A DNA stretch of 64,000 bases from an uncultured Pseudomonadota bacterium (GTDB lineage Bacteria; Oederibacteriota; Muellerivitia; Muellerivitales; Muellerivitaceae): contig CAVYRH010000007.1 in assembly GCA_963770835.1 (NCBI GenBank), positions 32,001-96,000 on the forward strand, in the 5' to 3' direction. Positions within the stretch are counted from its first letter, which is position 1. Every line of letters starts with the position of its first letter. Shown here piece by piece: positions 21,189 through 31,100 of the stretch. The position numbers were made by a program, and so were the translations under genes. A model generated the notes under the pieces. That model did not search any database, was not told where the DNA came from, and saw nothing but the letters and a program-made list of their open reading frames with translations.

Positions 21189-22976
21189 TTATTCTTCCCC
21201 AAGGGGAATGTAAAAAGTAAAAGTGCTTCCTTTTCCAAGCTCGCTTTCCACGTCCAGGTTCCCTCCGTGGGCCGCGATGATCTTATGGCAGATGCTTAAA
21301 CCCAATCCCGTACCGGTGATTTTGGTTGTGAAAAAGGGGTGAAAGAGTTTTGAAAGGTTCTCTTTTGGGATCCCACAACCCGTATCCCCAACCGAGATCG
21401 CCACCATTTTTTGCTGGAGGAACAGCTGTTGGAAGAGGAACCCTTCCCCTTTTCCTTGGGCTTCCGGGACCAAACCCTCGATCAAGCGGGTTTTGAGGAA
21501 CAATTTGCCACCCCGGGGAGTGGCTTGGATGGCGTTCAACATGAGGTTTAACGCCACTTGGCGTACTTTCGGGATGTCGGCGGCGACCTGGGGCAATAGA
21601 GGGCTGAGGCTCTTTTCCATGGTCATTCCTGCGTTTTCGATCTTCTCGTTGAGGAATGAGGCGGTTTCCTCCAACAGCTGATTCATGTCCGCAGGGGTTT
21701 TGTGGAGCTGGTCCGGCCGGCTGTATTCCAGGACATCATTGACGATACCATCCATCCGTTTGACCTCCTCGGCGATGATATCGGCGTATTTCTTGAGGGT
21801 GGGGTCGTTGAGCTTGACCGAAAGCCTCTTGGAAAAACCGCTGATGGCGTTCAGCGGATTCTTGATTTCGTGGGCCACACCCGCGGCCATCTCCCCCAGG
21901 GCGGAGAAACGCTCGGAACGCAACAGCTGGGTCTCCATTTGGCGGAGAAGGGTCATGTCCCTCAACGTAGCGATGGCCCCGATGATTTCGCCGTTTCCAC
22001 CCCGCAGGACAGAGGTTTCCAGAGTGACAGGAACAACCTCGAAGCGGGTGGTGTTTAGTTCTAAGTGGTCCTGCACGAAGCTTCTTTCCTCCTCAAGGGT
22101 CCGCCGCAAGGCAACGGAGACCGGTTTTAATTCCTCGGGCAGTTCCTCGAGGGTTTTTTCCGCTATTTCGGCCTCCACAAAACCCGTGATCTGGCGGGCT
22201 CCCGAGTTGAATGTCCGTATCTTCCCGTCCTTTCGGGCCACGATGATGCCGGTCTTGATGGAAGCCAGCACACAGTGGTGGTATTCCAAGAGGGATTTCA
22301 GCTTCCGGTTGGATTCCACGAATTTTTGGACCGAAGTATCCGCTTGTTCGGCCAGGAACTGGTTCATGCCCACGAGGTGTTTTTGGGCGTCCTTTTGTTT
22401 CTTGGTTTCCATGGCCAAATAACCGCTTAAGGAGGCCGCCACGAAAAGGAAGGGGAAACGCACCAGTACTTCGGTGTCGCCGGTGAGGAATTGGCCGGAG
22501 CTTTTCATTTGCAGGAAGCCGTAAAGGGAACAGGAAACGATCGCGATCCCGAAAACGCTTTTTACGTCCTGGGAAAGGGCGGAGATGAAGATGGTGGTGA
22601 ATAAAATGAGGAAAAGGTCAACGTCCTTGATCCCCCCGAAGTAAATGCTGCCAGAAATGAAAAAAATATCGGCTAGAAAAATGGTGGAAAGGACGCTGTT
22701 TTTCTCGATCCACCGGGTTTTCAAAAGAGGCATGGCGATAATCGATAGGAAGTAAGCCGCCAAAAGAACTATTATTCTCGGGCTGAAGAGGACGCCGGTA
22801 TTCTGTTCTTTGAAATAAAGAAGCACGGTAATGGTGAGAAAAACCAGCAGCCGGAAGGACATCAGGATTTCCCGCTTGCCCATGTCGATCCGGCGTTTTT
22901 GCAAGTGGGCGGAACGTTGATCCAGATCCTCCACCCATCGATTGGCTTGAATGGTCCCCGCCAGAGAATTAATCAT
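21189..22976 (-). CDS. Multi-TM PAS sensor histidine kinase (NtrB/AtoS/PilS-like)
   Basis: About 5-6 N-terminal TM helices, PAS (FNSGA), GVAHEIKNPL, NAIQA, DTGCGI, GTGLGL; true start may be downstream of 22976. Confidence 0.92.
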   Translation of the reverse strand: MINSLAGTIQANRWVEDLDQRSAHLQKRRIDMGKREILMSFRLLVFLTITVLLYFKEQNTGVLFSPRIIVLLAAYFLSIIAMPLLKTRWIEKNSVLSTIFLADIFFISGSIYFGGIKDVDLFLILFTTIFISALSQDVKSVFGIAIVSCSLYGFLQMKSSGQFLTGDTEVLVRFPFLFVAASLSGYLAMETKKQKDAQKHLVGMNQFLAEQADTSVQKFVESNRKLKSLLEYHHCVLASIKTGIIVARKDGKIRTFNSGARQITGFVEAEIAEKTLEELPEELKPVSVALRRTLEEERSFVQDHLELNTTRFEVVPVTLETSVLRGGNGEIIGAIATLRDMTLLRQMETQLLRSERFSALGEMAAGVAHEIKNPLNAISGFSKRLSVKLNDPTLKKYADIIAEEVKRMDGIVNDVLEYSRPDQLHKTPADMNQLLEETASFLNEKIENAGMTMEKSLSPLLPQVAADIPKVRQVALNLMLNAIQATPRGGKLFLKTRLIEGLVPEAQGKGEGFLFQQLFLQQKMVAISVGDTGCGIPKENLSKLFHPFFTTKITGTGLGLSICHKIIAAHGGNLDVESELGKGSTFTFYIPLGEE

Positions 22977-22987
22977 GCCTTATGAAA

Positions 22988-23004
22988 GGCAATGGACGTG
23001 CCAA
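22988..23004 (-). promoter_or_regulatory. Sigma-54 (-24/-12) promoter for the kinase-receiver operon
   Basis: Minus strand TTGGCACGTCCATTGCC, matches TGGCAC-N5-TTGC. Confidence 0.8.
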
Positions 23005-23165
23005 AGAAAACCACATGTTTTAAGGAAAAATCGAGGGTGGAAGAGACAAGGCGGAGGAAGGTTTTTCACGTTGGGTAAATTTTACCCGCTTCTAAAGGGA
23101 AGGGAAAAGACAGTTGGCTTCACCACAGCGCTGTCACCCTTCGTTTGAAATCCTGGTTTGTTTTC

Positions 23166-24509
23166 TTATTCCAGTTCGTATTTTTTCAATTTGTTAAACA
23201 ATGTTTTTCGGGTGACGCCCAGGAGGTCGGCGGCTTTTGACTTATTACCCTTGGTTTCCAAGAGGGCGCGCTTGATGTTTTCCTTTTCGGCGTCGCTGCG
23301 GCTGAGGACTCCCTTCTCCCCGGAAGGCAGCAGGGTTTTCGCCTCTCGTATTTCTTTGGGAAGGTCTTTGGGAGAAAGGGTGTTTTCCTTGGCGGTAACC
23401 ACCATACGCTCAATAACGTGCTTCAATTCCCGGACGTTTCCGGGCCAGGAGTAATTCTTCAAAAGGGTGAGAATGTCATCGGAAAGCAGGCTGAGCTTCT
23501 TGTTAAAGGCCCGGCAGGATTCCTGAAGGAAAAAGTTGGCCAATTGCTCAATGTCCTTGGGGCGGTCCCGCAAAGCCGGAATTTTCAACGGGATCACGTT
23601 CAAACGGTAATAAAGATCGGCCCGGAAACGGCCTTCCTTGACCTCTTTCTCCAAATCCCGGTGGGTTGCCGTGACTACCCGGACGTCCAGTGGAATCTCC
23701 CGGTTCCCGCCCAGCCGCCGGAGCATTTTTTGCTCCAAAACCTTCAAAAGTTTCATTTGGACGGAGGGTGTCAATTCTCCAATCTCATCTAAAAAAACCG
23801 TGCCACCCTGGGCCTCTTCGAAAAGGCCGGGCTTCTGCCGCTTGGCGTCCGTAAAGGCTCCGGGTTCATAACCGAAGAGTTCGGATTCAAGGATGGATTC
23901 GGGCAGGGAGCCGCAGTGCAGTTCCACGAAGGGTTTGGAGGTCCTGGGCGACAGGGCGTGGATCAGCCGGGCCACGTGCTCCTTGCCGGTGCCCGTTTCC
24001 CCCAGGATCATGACGGTTACCTTTTCCTGCTGGGCCACCTGCTCGATTTCCCCGTAAAGCCTCTGCATATCCGGATCGGTCAAGAAAAGGTAATCCTTGC
24101 GGTACATTTCCTGCTGCTGCCGGCGGAGGGAGGCGACTTCCTTCTGCAATCCGCGTTTTTCGCCGATCTTTTTCAAAACGATTTTTAATTTTTCCATGTC
24201 GATGGGTTTTTCCAGGTAGTCCTCGGCGCCCATTTGCATCGCCTTGACGGCCGAGTCCACCGATCCGGCTCCCGTGATGACGACCACGGAAGCGGATGGA
24301 AAGGATTCATTCAATTTGGCCAGAAGTTCCAGGCCTCCCATATCGGGAAGATGGAGATCCAAAAGGATGATGTCGGGTTTCAATTGGTTGGCGTTTTCGA
24401 TGCCTTCGGCGGCCGTATGGGCGGGGAAAGCCTGGTGGCCCTGCTGTTCCAGGAACTTCGCCAGGATTTTCACAAGGGATTGTTCGTCGTCAATGAGCAG
24501 TATCCGCAA
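23166..24509 (-). CDS. Sigma-54-dependent response regulator (REC-AAA+-Fis HTH)
   Basis: LLDLHLP; GETGTGKE; ESELFG; GAFTDA; FLDEIGE; WPGNVREL; HTH SKAADLLGVTRKTL; TTG start. Confidence 0.95.
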   Translation of the reverse strand: MRILLIDDEQSLVKILAKFLEQQGHQAFPAHTAAEGIENANQLKPDIILLDLHLPDMGGLELLAKLNESFPSASVVVITGAGSVDSAVKAMQMGAEDYLEKPIDMEKLKIVLKKIGEKRGLQKEVASLRRQQQEMYRKDYLFLTDPDMQRLYGEIEQVAQQEKVTVMILGETGTGKEHVARLIHALSPRTSKPFVELHCGSLPESILESELFGYEPGAFTDAKRQKPGLFEEAQGGTVFLDEIGELTPSVQMKLLKVLEQKMLRRLGGNREIPLDVRVVTATHRDLEKEVKEGRFRADLYYRLNVIPLKIPALRDRPKDIEQLANFFLQESCRAFNKKLSLLSDDILTLLKNYSWPGNVRELKHVIERMVVTAKENTLSPKDLPKEIREAKTLLPSGEKGVLSRSDAEKENIKRALLETKGNKSKAADLLGVTRKTLFNKLKKYELE

Positions 24510-24713
24510 GGTTTCTGTCCTTTTTATAAAGTCTTAACTCTAATTATAAGTGACACTGTTTATTTATGGCTTGCGAATAAGAGATTTCCAGGTGATTGAG
24601 CCAATAAAAGTGCGTTTTTTTGAATGGCTCAATTTTATTGGGTTTTTGAGAAAAAACCAAAAAGGTGATGGAACACAAACAAAAAAGGCTAGACCTTTTT
24701 TATTCTTTGTTGG

Positions 24714-25589
24714 TTATTGCATCGGCGGGGGTTGGTTTTTGGGCGGCCCGGCGCGATAGGGGCCGTTTATTTCAATACGGCGCCCTTTGTTGATTTTCCA
24801 GGCCTCGTAAAGCCCGATTGCCAATATGACCAGCCCGAGGATGTTTTGGAATCCCGCTAAAAAGGGTAGGGCATAGGCCAACAACAGAAGAGCGCCGCAA
24901 CCCAAGATAAACTTGCCGAAGTCCATTTGATCTTTCCGGGGTTCGGGATTGGCGGCAGAAGCGGCTTCGGGGGTGGCGGCGGGATCAACCGTGGTTGGAT
25001 TGGCGGCGGAAGTCAAAAAAGTATCGGTAGCTAGGGGAGTAACCCCGGGCGTCGCCAAAGAGGCGGAATCGTTGGAACTGGGAGTCGCCTGAATTTGGGA
25101 TGGGGAAGCGGCGGTTTGATTTGCCTGTTTGGTTTTGAGGTCGTCTTTTAATTCGCCCACGGCCATGGGGATATAAGTCAACACAATGGCGTTATAGGTC
25201 AGGAACATGGCCAGCAATTGATAGGGCCAGCCACCTAGGCCGTTGGAACCCCAACGAACCGCCGCACCTACCATGAAACCGACCAGAATCGCCACCAGGC
25301 CAAATTCATATCCGGTGGCCTTTTCGATACCGTAATAAATCCCGAAACCTAATAGGGCCGCCAAGCTTCCGGCGAAGAAGGCCTTTAAGAACCGCTTGAC
25401 CTGTGAGCCGCCCTTGAATTGGGCTTCGATCTTACGCTTACACTCCATACAAAAGGTTTTGCCGTTAATCTCAAAATAGAACTCATCAATGGTTTTTCCA
25501 CAAGCTGCGCATGAAAGGACGGGAACTCGGGGAGTGTCGAAATCAGCCTTCTCGAACTGCAGGTTGGGATCGCCAGTATCCGGACTCAT
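24714..25589 (-). CDS. Conserved-looking membrane protein with N-terminal Cys4 Zn-binding motif
   Basis: CAAC...CMEC; 4-5 TM segments; low-complexity Ala/Thr/Pro loop; AAGGA RBS. Confidence 0.75.
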   Translation of the reverse strand: MSPDTGDPNLQFEKADFDTPRVPVLSCAACGKTIDEFYFEINGKTFCMECKRKIEAQFKGGSQVKRFLKAFFAGSLAALLGFGIYYGIEKATGYEFGLVAILVGFMVGAAVRWGSNGLGGWPYQLLAMFLTYNAIVLTYIPMAVGELKDDLKTKQANQTAASPSQIQATPSSNDSASLATPGVTPLATDTFLTSAANPTTVDPAATPEAASAANPEPRKDQMDFGKFILGCGALLLLAYALPFLAGFQNILGLVILAIGLYEAWKINKGRRIEINGPYRAGPPKNQPPPMQ

Positions 25590-25727
25590 AGAAATCCTTT
25601 TAAATAAAATGGGGCATTGAAATTAGAGAAGAAATCGAGGCAATTATACAAAATAAAGGTTGTATAGGTGGGGAAGTATTAAATGGAATTTTAAGGCTTT
25701 TCACAAATCCAAAACTTAAAACCGACG

Positions 25728-26387
25728 CTAAAAAACACCCCGGAACGGGTCCACGTGCTCCGAGTCCAGCATGACCTTAAAACCCACCCGGCCCGAGTAA
25801 ATTTGGGTTAAACCTTGCCAGGCGATGAGATGGTCCAGGCCCTCAACATAAAGGAACCACTGTTTCCCGTCGCCTAAGGGGAAGTCCATCCCGGCCCCGG
25901 CATTCATGGAGAAGAGCATGTCGAAGGAATTGCTGTAAAAATTTGAATTGGATAGTGGCTGGTATTGGTCCACCACCAAATCCATACCTCCGCCCACCAA
26001 GAGGTAGGGAACCGTGTTGAAGTTCTGGTGGACGCGGTCGTATTTCGATCCCCAATACCACCGAACGTTCACGGTCAGGGCGAAGTCGTTGGTCGGCTGC
26101 ACGATCTGGTAGGCCGCAAAGCCGTTTTCCGTGGTGGGAGCCTGGCTGACGGTGACCGGCAGGTTCGGCATGGTGTAATAGTCCATGCCCCAAAGGCCGT
26201 CAAAATCGTCCGCAAGGCTGATGCCCAGCCAAAGCCCCCCTTCCGGCGAGGGGGTGCCGCTGCCTAAGAAACCCGAAACTTCACTTGAGCCCAACTGGCC
26301 TAGAATGCTGAAATTCGGGGGTTCAGGGGTTTGGGCCAACGCATGGCCGCCTAAAAAAATAAAAAATACGAATAGATATTTTTTCAT
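25728..26387 (-). CDS. Secreted protein, probable small outer-membrane beta-barrel
   Basis: Signal peptide MKKYLFVFF..ALA; alternating strands (PYLLVGGG, NAGAGMDF); ATGA overlap with the upstream gene. Confidence 0.65.
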   Translation of the reverse strand: MKKYLFVFFIFLGGHALAQTPEPPNFSILGQLGSSEVSGFLGSGTPSPEGGLWLGISLADDFDGLWGMDYYTMPNLPVTVSQAPTTENGFAAYQIVQPTNDFALTVNVRWYWGSKYDRVHQNFNTVPYLLVGGGMDLVVDQYQPLSNSNFYSNSFDMLFSMNAGAGMDFPLGDGKQWFLYVEGLDHLIAWQGLTQIYSGRVGFKVMLDSEHVDPFRGVF

Positions 26388-26689
26388 GGACGGACGCGCC
26401 CTTGAAGGGATTTTCGAACGCGGCTCCAGTACCACCACTTTTTTTGCGGCGCGGGCAAACGGGGATTCCGGGCCTGGGCCACCGCGCAAGTGAAGGTGTC
26501 CAAAACGCAGGGATCCTGGCGGTGGCCGGTGATTTTGGAAAGCTTGTCATAAAGGGCCCGGGGATTAGAGTTCGCCAGTTGTGAAACCGACCGGATGCCG
26601 AGCCGGTCGAAGACGCGCAACATGGCCGGGCCGATGGAAATAAGGTCGGAAAGCAGGCGTTTCTTCTTTTGCGGAATGGATTTAGGCAT
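26384..26689 (-). CDS. Helix-hairpin-helix protein (Cdd1/mitomycin-resistance-like)
   Basis: DLISIGPAM...LGI...RQDPCVLDTF...WWYWS. Confidence 0.8.
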   Translation of the reverse strand: MPKSIPQKKKRLLSDLISIGPAMLRVFDRLGIRSVSQLANSNPRALYDKLSKITGHRQDPCVLDTFTCAVAQARNPRLPAPQKKWWYWSRVRKSLQGRVRP

Positions 26690-26743
26690 GCCCCAAATTA
26701 TGGGGCAAAAACCCCGGGAAGGGAATAGCCCCGGACCTGACGC

Positions 26744-27391
26744 TCAGAAAGGCTTTTCGCAGTCGGGGCAAACAAAGCGGGCCGCGAACCAATGCCCATC
26801 CGCCCTGGCGTAGTCGGGAAAGAATTCCACTTCCATACCCACCTTGCATTCGGGACATTCGAAACCGTTTTGAAGTCCCAAGTCCTCTTCGAGCCTGAGG
26901 GCACTCTTCCGTTCTTCATTCATGACAAGCCGGTAGGAATTGAGTTTGCTTTTGTGGCTACAGTCCTTCAAAAGGCCCTTGATCTTGCTCAAAACCTGCC
27001 GGGGGGTGTAAAAGCCCTTCACGGAGTAGTCGTTAGCGCCCAACTCCAGCGCTTTTTTGACGTCCCGGGGTTCGCCTAAGACGGAAAAGATGATGACGGG
27101 AATATCCTTGGTTTGTTCGCTTCGCCGTATTTTTTCCAGGACTTTGAATCCGTCCAGCACGGGCAGTCCGAGGTCCAAAAGGACTAGGCTTGGTTTTTGG
27201 TTGAGGATGACTTCCCAACCTTCTTCGCCGTCGGCGGCTTCCAAAACCTCATAACCGTCCTGTTCCAGCACATCGCGGTAAATGCGGCGGAATCCCCTTT
27301 GGTCTTCCAGGATTAAAATGGTCCCTTTTTTGATCTCGATTGCGGAAGGCTTTAGTTTTTCCCGGACAATGTCTTCAATCATCAGTTCCAT
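26744..27391 (-). CDS. Response regulator with C-terminal Cys4 Zn-ribbon
   Basis: ILEDQ, LLDLGLP, GANDYSVKG; CPEC...HWF...CPDC; AAGGAG RBS. Confidence 0.88.
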   Translation of the reverse strand: MELMIEDIVREKLKPSAIEIKKGTILILEDQRGFRRIYRDVLEQDGYEVLEAADGEEGWEVILNQKPSLVLLDLGLPVLDGFKVLEKIRRSEQTKDIPVIIFSVLGEPRDVKKALELGANDYSVKGFYTPRQVLSKIKGLLKDCSHKSKLNSYRLVMNEERKSALRLEEDLGLQNGFECPECKVGMEVEFFPDYARADGHWFAARFVCPDCEKPF

Positions 27392-27431
27392 TTCACACCT
27401 CTCCTTACGGAAGTATTTCCGTTATGAGGAA

Positions 27432-27448
27432 AGCAAGGAAGGTGCCAA
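27432..27448 (-). promoter_or_regulatory. Sigma-54 (-24/-12) promoter for the second REC-Zn-ribbon gene
   Basis: Minus strand TTGGCACCTTCCTTGCT, matches TGGCAC-N5-TTGC. Confidence 0.82.
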
Positions 27449-27535
27449 AGAAAAGCCACCGAAAGAATATCAAAATCCGCTGGGAACCGAGTCTAAACAA
27501 CCCGTAGGGTTATTTTTACCCAACGGCCGATAGTT

Positions 27536-28126
27536 CTAAAAGGACTTGCCGCATTTCGGGCAAATAAAATGGGCCGTGAACCAATGACCCTCGTTCCGGA
27601 CATAGTCCGGGAAAATTTCCAGGACCATTTCCACACTACACTGGGGGCACTGGTAACCCTTGACGAGGCCGATTTCACTCTGGAGCTTGGGGGCGTCTTC
27701 CACCGCTTCCTGGATTTTTAATTTGTAGGAATTGATCGTGGGTTTGACGCCGACTTCGGTCATGAGGCTCTTGATTTTGCTGAGGATTTGACGAGGTGTG
27801 TAAAAGCCCTTGACGGTATAGTCGTTGGCCCCCATTTCCAGGCCTTTCTTGACGTCCTTTTGCTCCCCTAGGACGGAAAAGATGATAACCGGGATGTTCC
27901 GCGTTCCGGCGTCGGCCCGGATTCTTTTTAAAACCTCATAGCCGTCGATTTTCGGGAGGCCCAGATCCAGCAGGATAAGGTGGGGCTTGCGCTCTTTTGC
28001 CATGTTCCAGCCTTCCTCGCCGTCCTGAGCCTCCAAGACCTCGTAACCTTCGTTTGCAAGCACATCATGGTAGATTCGCCGGAAACCCGGCTGGTCCTCC
28101 ACAAGTAGGATGGTTCCTTTAGACAT
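27536..28126 (-). CDS. Response regulator with C-terminal Cys4 Zn-ribbon (paralog of 26744..27391)
   Basis: LVEDQ, LLDLGLP, GANDYTVKG; CPQC...HWF...CPKC; overlaps the kinase stop. Confidence 0.88.
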   Translation of the reverse strand: MSKGTILLVEDQPGFRRIYHDVLANEGYEVLEAQDGEEGWNMAKERKPHLILLDLGLPKIDGYEVLKRIRADAGTRNIPVIIFSVLGEQKDVKKGLEMGANDYTVKGFYTPRQILSKIKSLMTEVGVKPTINSYKLKIQEAVEDAPKLQSEIGLVKGYQCPQCSVEMVLEIFPDYVRNEGHWFTAHFICPKCGKSF

Positions 28127-31100
28127 ATCCGTCTCCTTTCACTCTTGGTATTTTGACGAAAAAAGCTGAGCCTTTTCCGAGCTCCGAAACAACCTCGATA
28201 TCGCCATTTTGGAGCTTCATGAAGCTTTTGGCGATATAAAGCCCCAGGCCCGCTCCGGACCTGGAGGCTTCCGTTCCCATGACCCTTTCTTTGATGAAAA
28301 GCCGCTGGAGGGTTACAGGGCTCATGCCGATTCCCGTGTCCCTAATTTCAATGACACCAAAATCGCCGTAGATCGACGTTCGGATCGTAATGGAGCCCTG
28401 ATCGGTGCACTTAATGGCGTTATTAATAATATTACGGACGGTTTCGACGGTCTTTTCACTGTCAGCTTGGACAAGGGTTTCTTCCCCGCCCTTTTCCAGC
28501 ACCAATTGAAGGCTTTTTCTTTGGATGATATTTTCGTAATCCCGGATAGAGGAGTCAACGATTTGCTGGAGGGAAATGGGTTTTAAATTGACTGTCATCA
28601 CTCCGCGCTCGATTTTGGAAAGACTCAAGAGGTCGGAAATCAAGCGGTAGTTTTCCACCCCGATCTCCCTCATGTCGGATAAATACTCCTGCTGCTTGGG
28701 CGTGAGGTTGCCCGCCAGGCCGTCCAGCAAGTTCTCGATATAACCGTTGATTTCCGCGACGGGGGTTTTGAGCTGGTGGGAAACGACCGAAATCAAGTCG
28801 TTCTTCATTTCCTCAATCTGTTTGCGTTCCGTGACGTCCCGCATGATGGAAGTGATGAAAACGCCTGCATCGGTAAACCACGTATAAAGTGAAAGCTCCA
28901 GGGGAAATTCACGGCCTTCATTGCTGAGTCCGACCCATTCGGTGTTCCGCCCGACGAGGGGAGATGTTCCGCCGGCGAAAGCCCGCCGGAAGTCGTCAGC
29001 ATGCCCAGAGTAACTCTTTTCCGCCAAAAGAGAAACAAAGGGCCGCCCGTTTATTTCCGTTCTTGAATATCCAAAAAGCCGGCTCGCCGCCGAGTTGGAG
29101 TAGATGATGTGGCCGTAACTGTCCGCCGAAATGATGGCCTCATTGGCGGATTCGGTAACCGCCCGGAATTTTTCCTCGCTTTCCTTGAGGGCGGTTTCCG
29201 CGGCTTTTTGCTCCGTGATGTCCCGCATGATGGAGGTGAAAAAAAGGCCGGCACCGGTTTTCCAGGAAAAATAGGATATTTGGGCGGGAAACTCCCCGCC
29301 GTTTTTCCGTTTCCCCGTCAATACGAAGGTACGGCCGGGAATGGTCTCCTTCCCAGAAGCGAGATAGTTCTGGATGAGCTGGAAATTGCCTTTCCAGGAG
29401 GCCTCGGACATCAATTGGCTAAAGGGGCGCCCGAGGACCTCGGCCTGGGTGTAGCCGAAGATTTTTTCAGCGGTGGGGTTGAAGAAAATGACCAATCCCT
29501 TAGAGTCGGCGGAAATAATGGCGTCGTTGGCCGATTCGGTGAGGGTCCTGAACCTTTCCTCGCTTTCCTTGAGGACCATTTCGGACATCTTTTGGTCCGT
29601 GATATTCTCAATAACGGCAAGGCGAAAGAGGGGCTCGTTTTTGATGTCGAGGACGGTGGAAGCGGAAACCTTGCACCAGAGAATGTCGCCTTTTTTGCTG
29701 ATGTAGCGGCTTTCCACTTGGTAATGGGGGAGGATCTTATCAAAGAGTTTTTGGTTCAGGTTCTTTTCCACGGGCTGGTCCCCGGAAAAAGTGAAGTCGG
29801 TGTAGGGATGCCCCACCAGTTCGTTCTTGGAATAGCCCAGCATGCTCGAGAAGGCGCGGTTGACGTTCACGAAGATGCCGTCGGAAAAGGTCAAGGTCAT
29901 GCCGATGGGGCTTTCCTCGAAAAGGTTCCGGAAAAACTCCTCCCTCTCCCGGAGTGTCTCCATAATTTGCCTTTGAAGGCTGATGTCGATGCAGGCCGTC
30001 AGGGCGAATTTGACCATGCCGTTTTCGTCCAGGATCGGGGCGCCCCAGACTTCCAGGGGGGAAACCCGGCTGGAACGGCGTATTTCAATGTCATCCACAT
30101 GGGTTTTCTCGCCGGCCAAGGCCCGGATGATCGGTAATCTCTCCACGGGATAGGGCTCCCCGGTTTCGGTGCTGTAAAGATTATAAGTTTCCGAGGATTT
30201 TTCGGGGCCGGCTTGGCTCTTGACCGCCTCCGACCCAAACATCTCATGGGCCGCCAAGTTGGCGTAATAGGGGGCGCCGGAAGGGTCCCGCACGGTGATG
30301 GCCACGGGCAGGACGTCCAAAAATTGGAATAAACGGTGCTCGTTGTTCAGGAGGGTTTTAATGAAGAATTTCCTCTCGGTGATGTCGCGCACGATGGTGG
30401 TGAAAAAGACCCCCTCCTTCGTCTCCCACCTTGAAACGGAAAGTTCCAAGGGGAACTCGAACTTGTCCTTCCGTCGGCCGTAAAGCTCCATTGTCTTGAT
30501 CTCGACGGCCATGGAAACGAATTTTTCGAAGGAATTGGGCCCGTGTTCCTGGACGAATCTTTCCGGCATCAGCTGGGTGAGGGGTTTTCCGATCATCTCG
30601 GGCTTGGAATACCCAAACAGGATTTCGCCGGCGGGGTTGATGTCGGTGATAAGCCCCGCGGCGCTCGAGGTGATAAAGGCCTCATTGGCCGTTTCGGCGA
30701 GGAACCTAAATTTTTCCTCGCTGGCTCTCAGCCCGTTGACTGCCTCCTGGCGCTCGTGAATCTGGCGGTTGATCGAGACCACAGCCAAACCGCAGGCCAG
30801 GAGGGCGAAGGCCGTGCCGAGGAACATGAACCGCAGGTTGTTTTGGGTCCCGGTTTGCTCAAAGGCCTTGCGGGTCTTCAACAGCCATATTTGGACGCCC
30901 GATATCTGGTCGACCAGGTCCTTGATCTCCCGGTCCGTTTGCTTTTCGTCCTCCATCTGGATGGGACGGACGGCCAGGTCCGGCCTTCCCGCCTTCACAT
31001 AGGCCAGGCCCACGCGCATGGAGGTGGACTTTTTCTCAATGAGGGTTCGGAGCCGACCGACGCCCTTGTTGAGGATGGCATCACCGGCGGTGAGGCTTTC

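Noticed and set aside
23838..23865. GAFTDA instead of GAFTGA in the sigma-54 activator
   Set aside because: Common natural variant that keeps the key Phe-Thr; not evidence of inactivity
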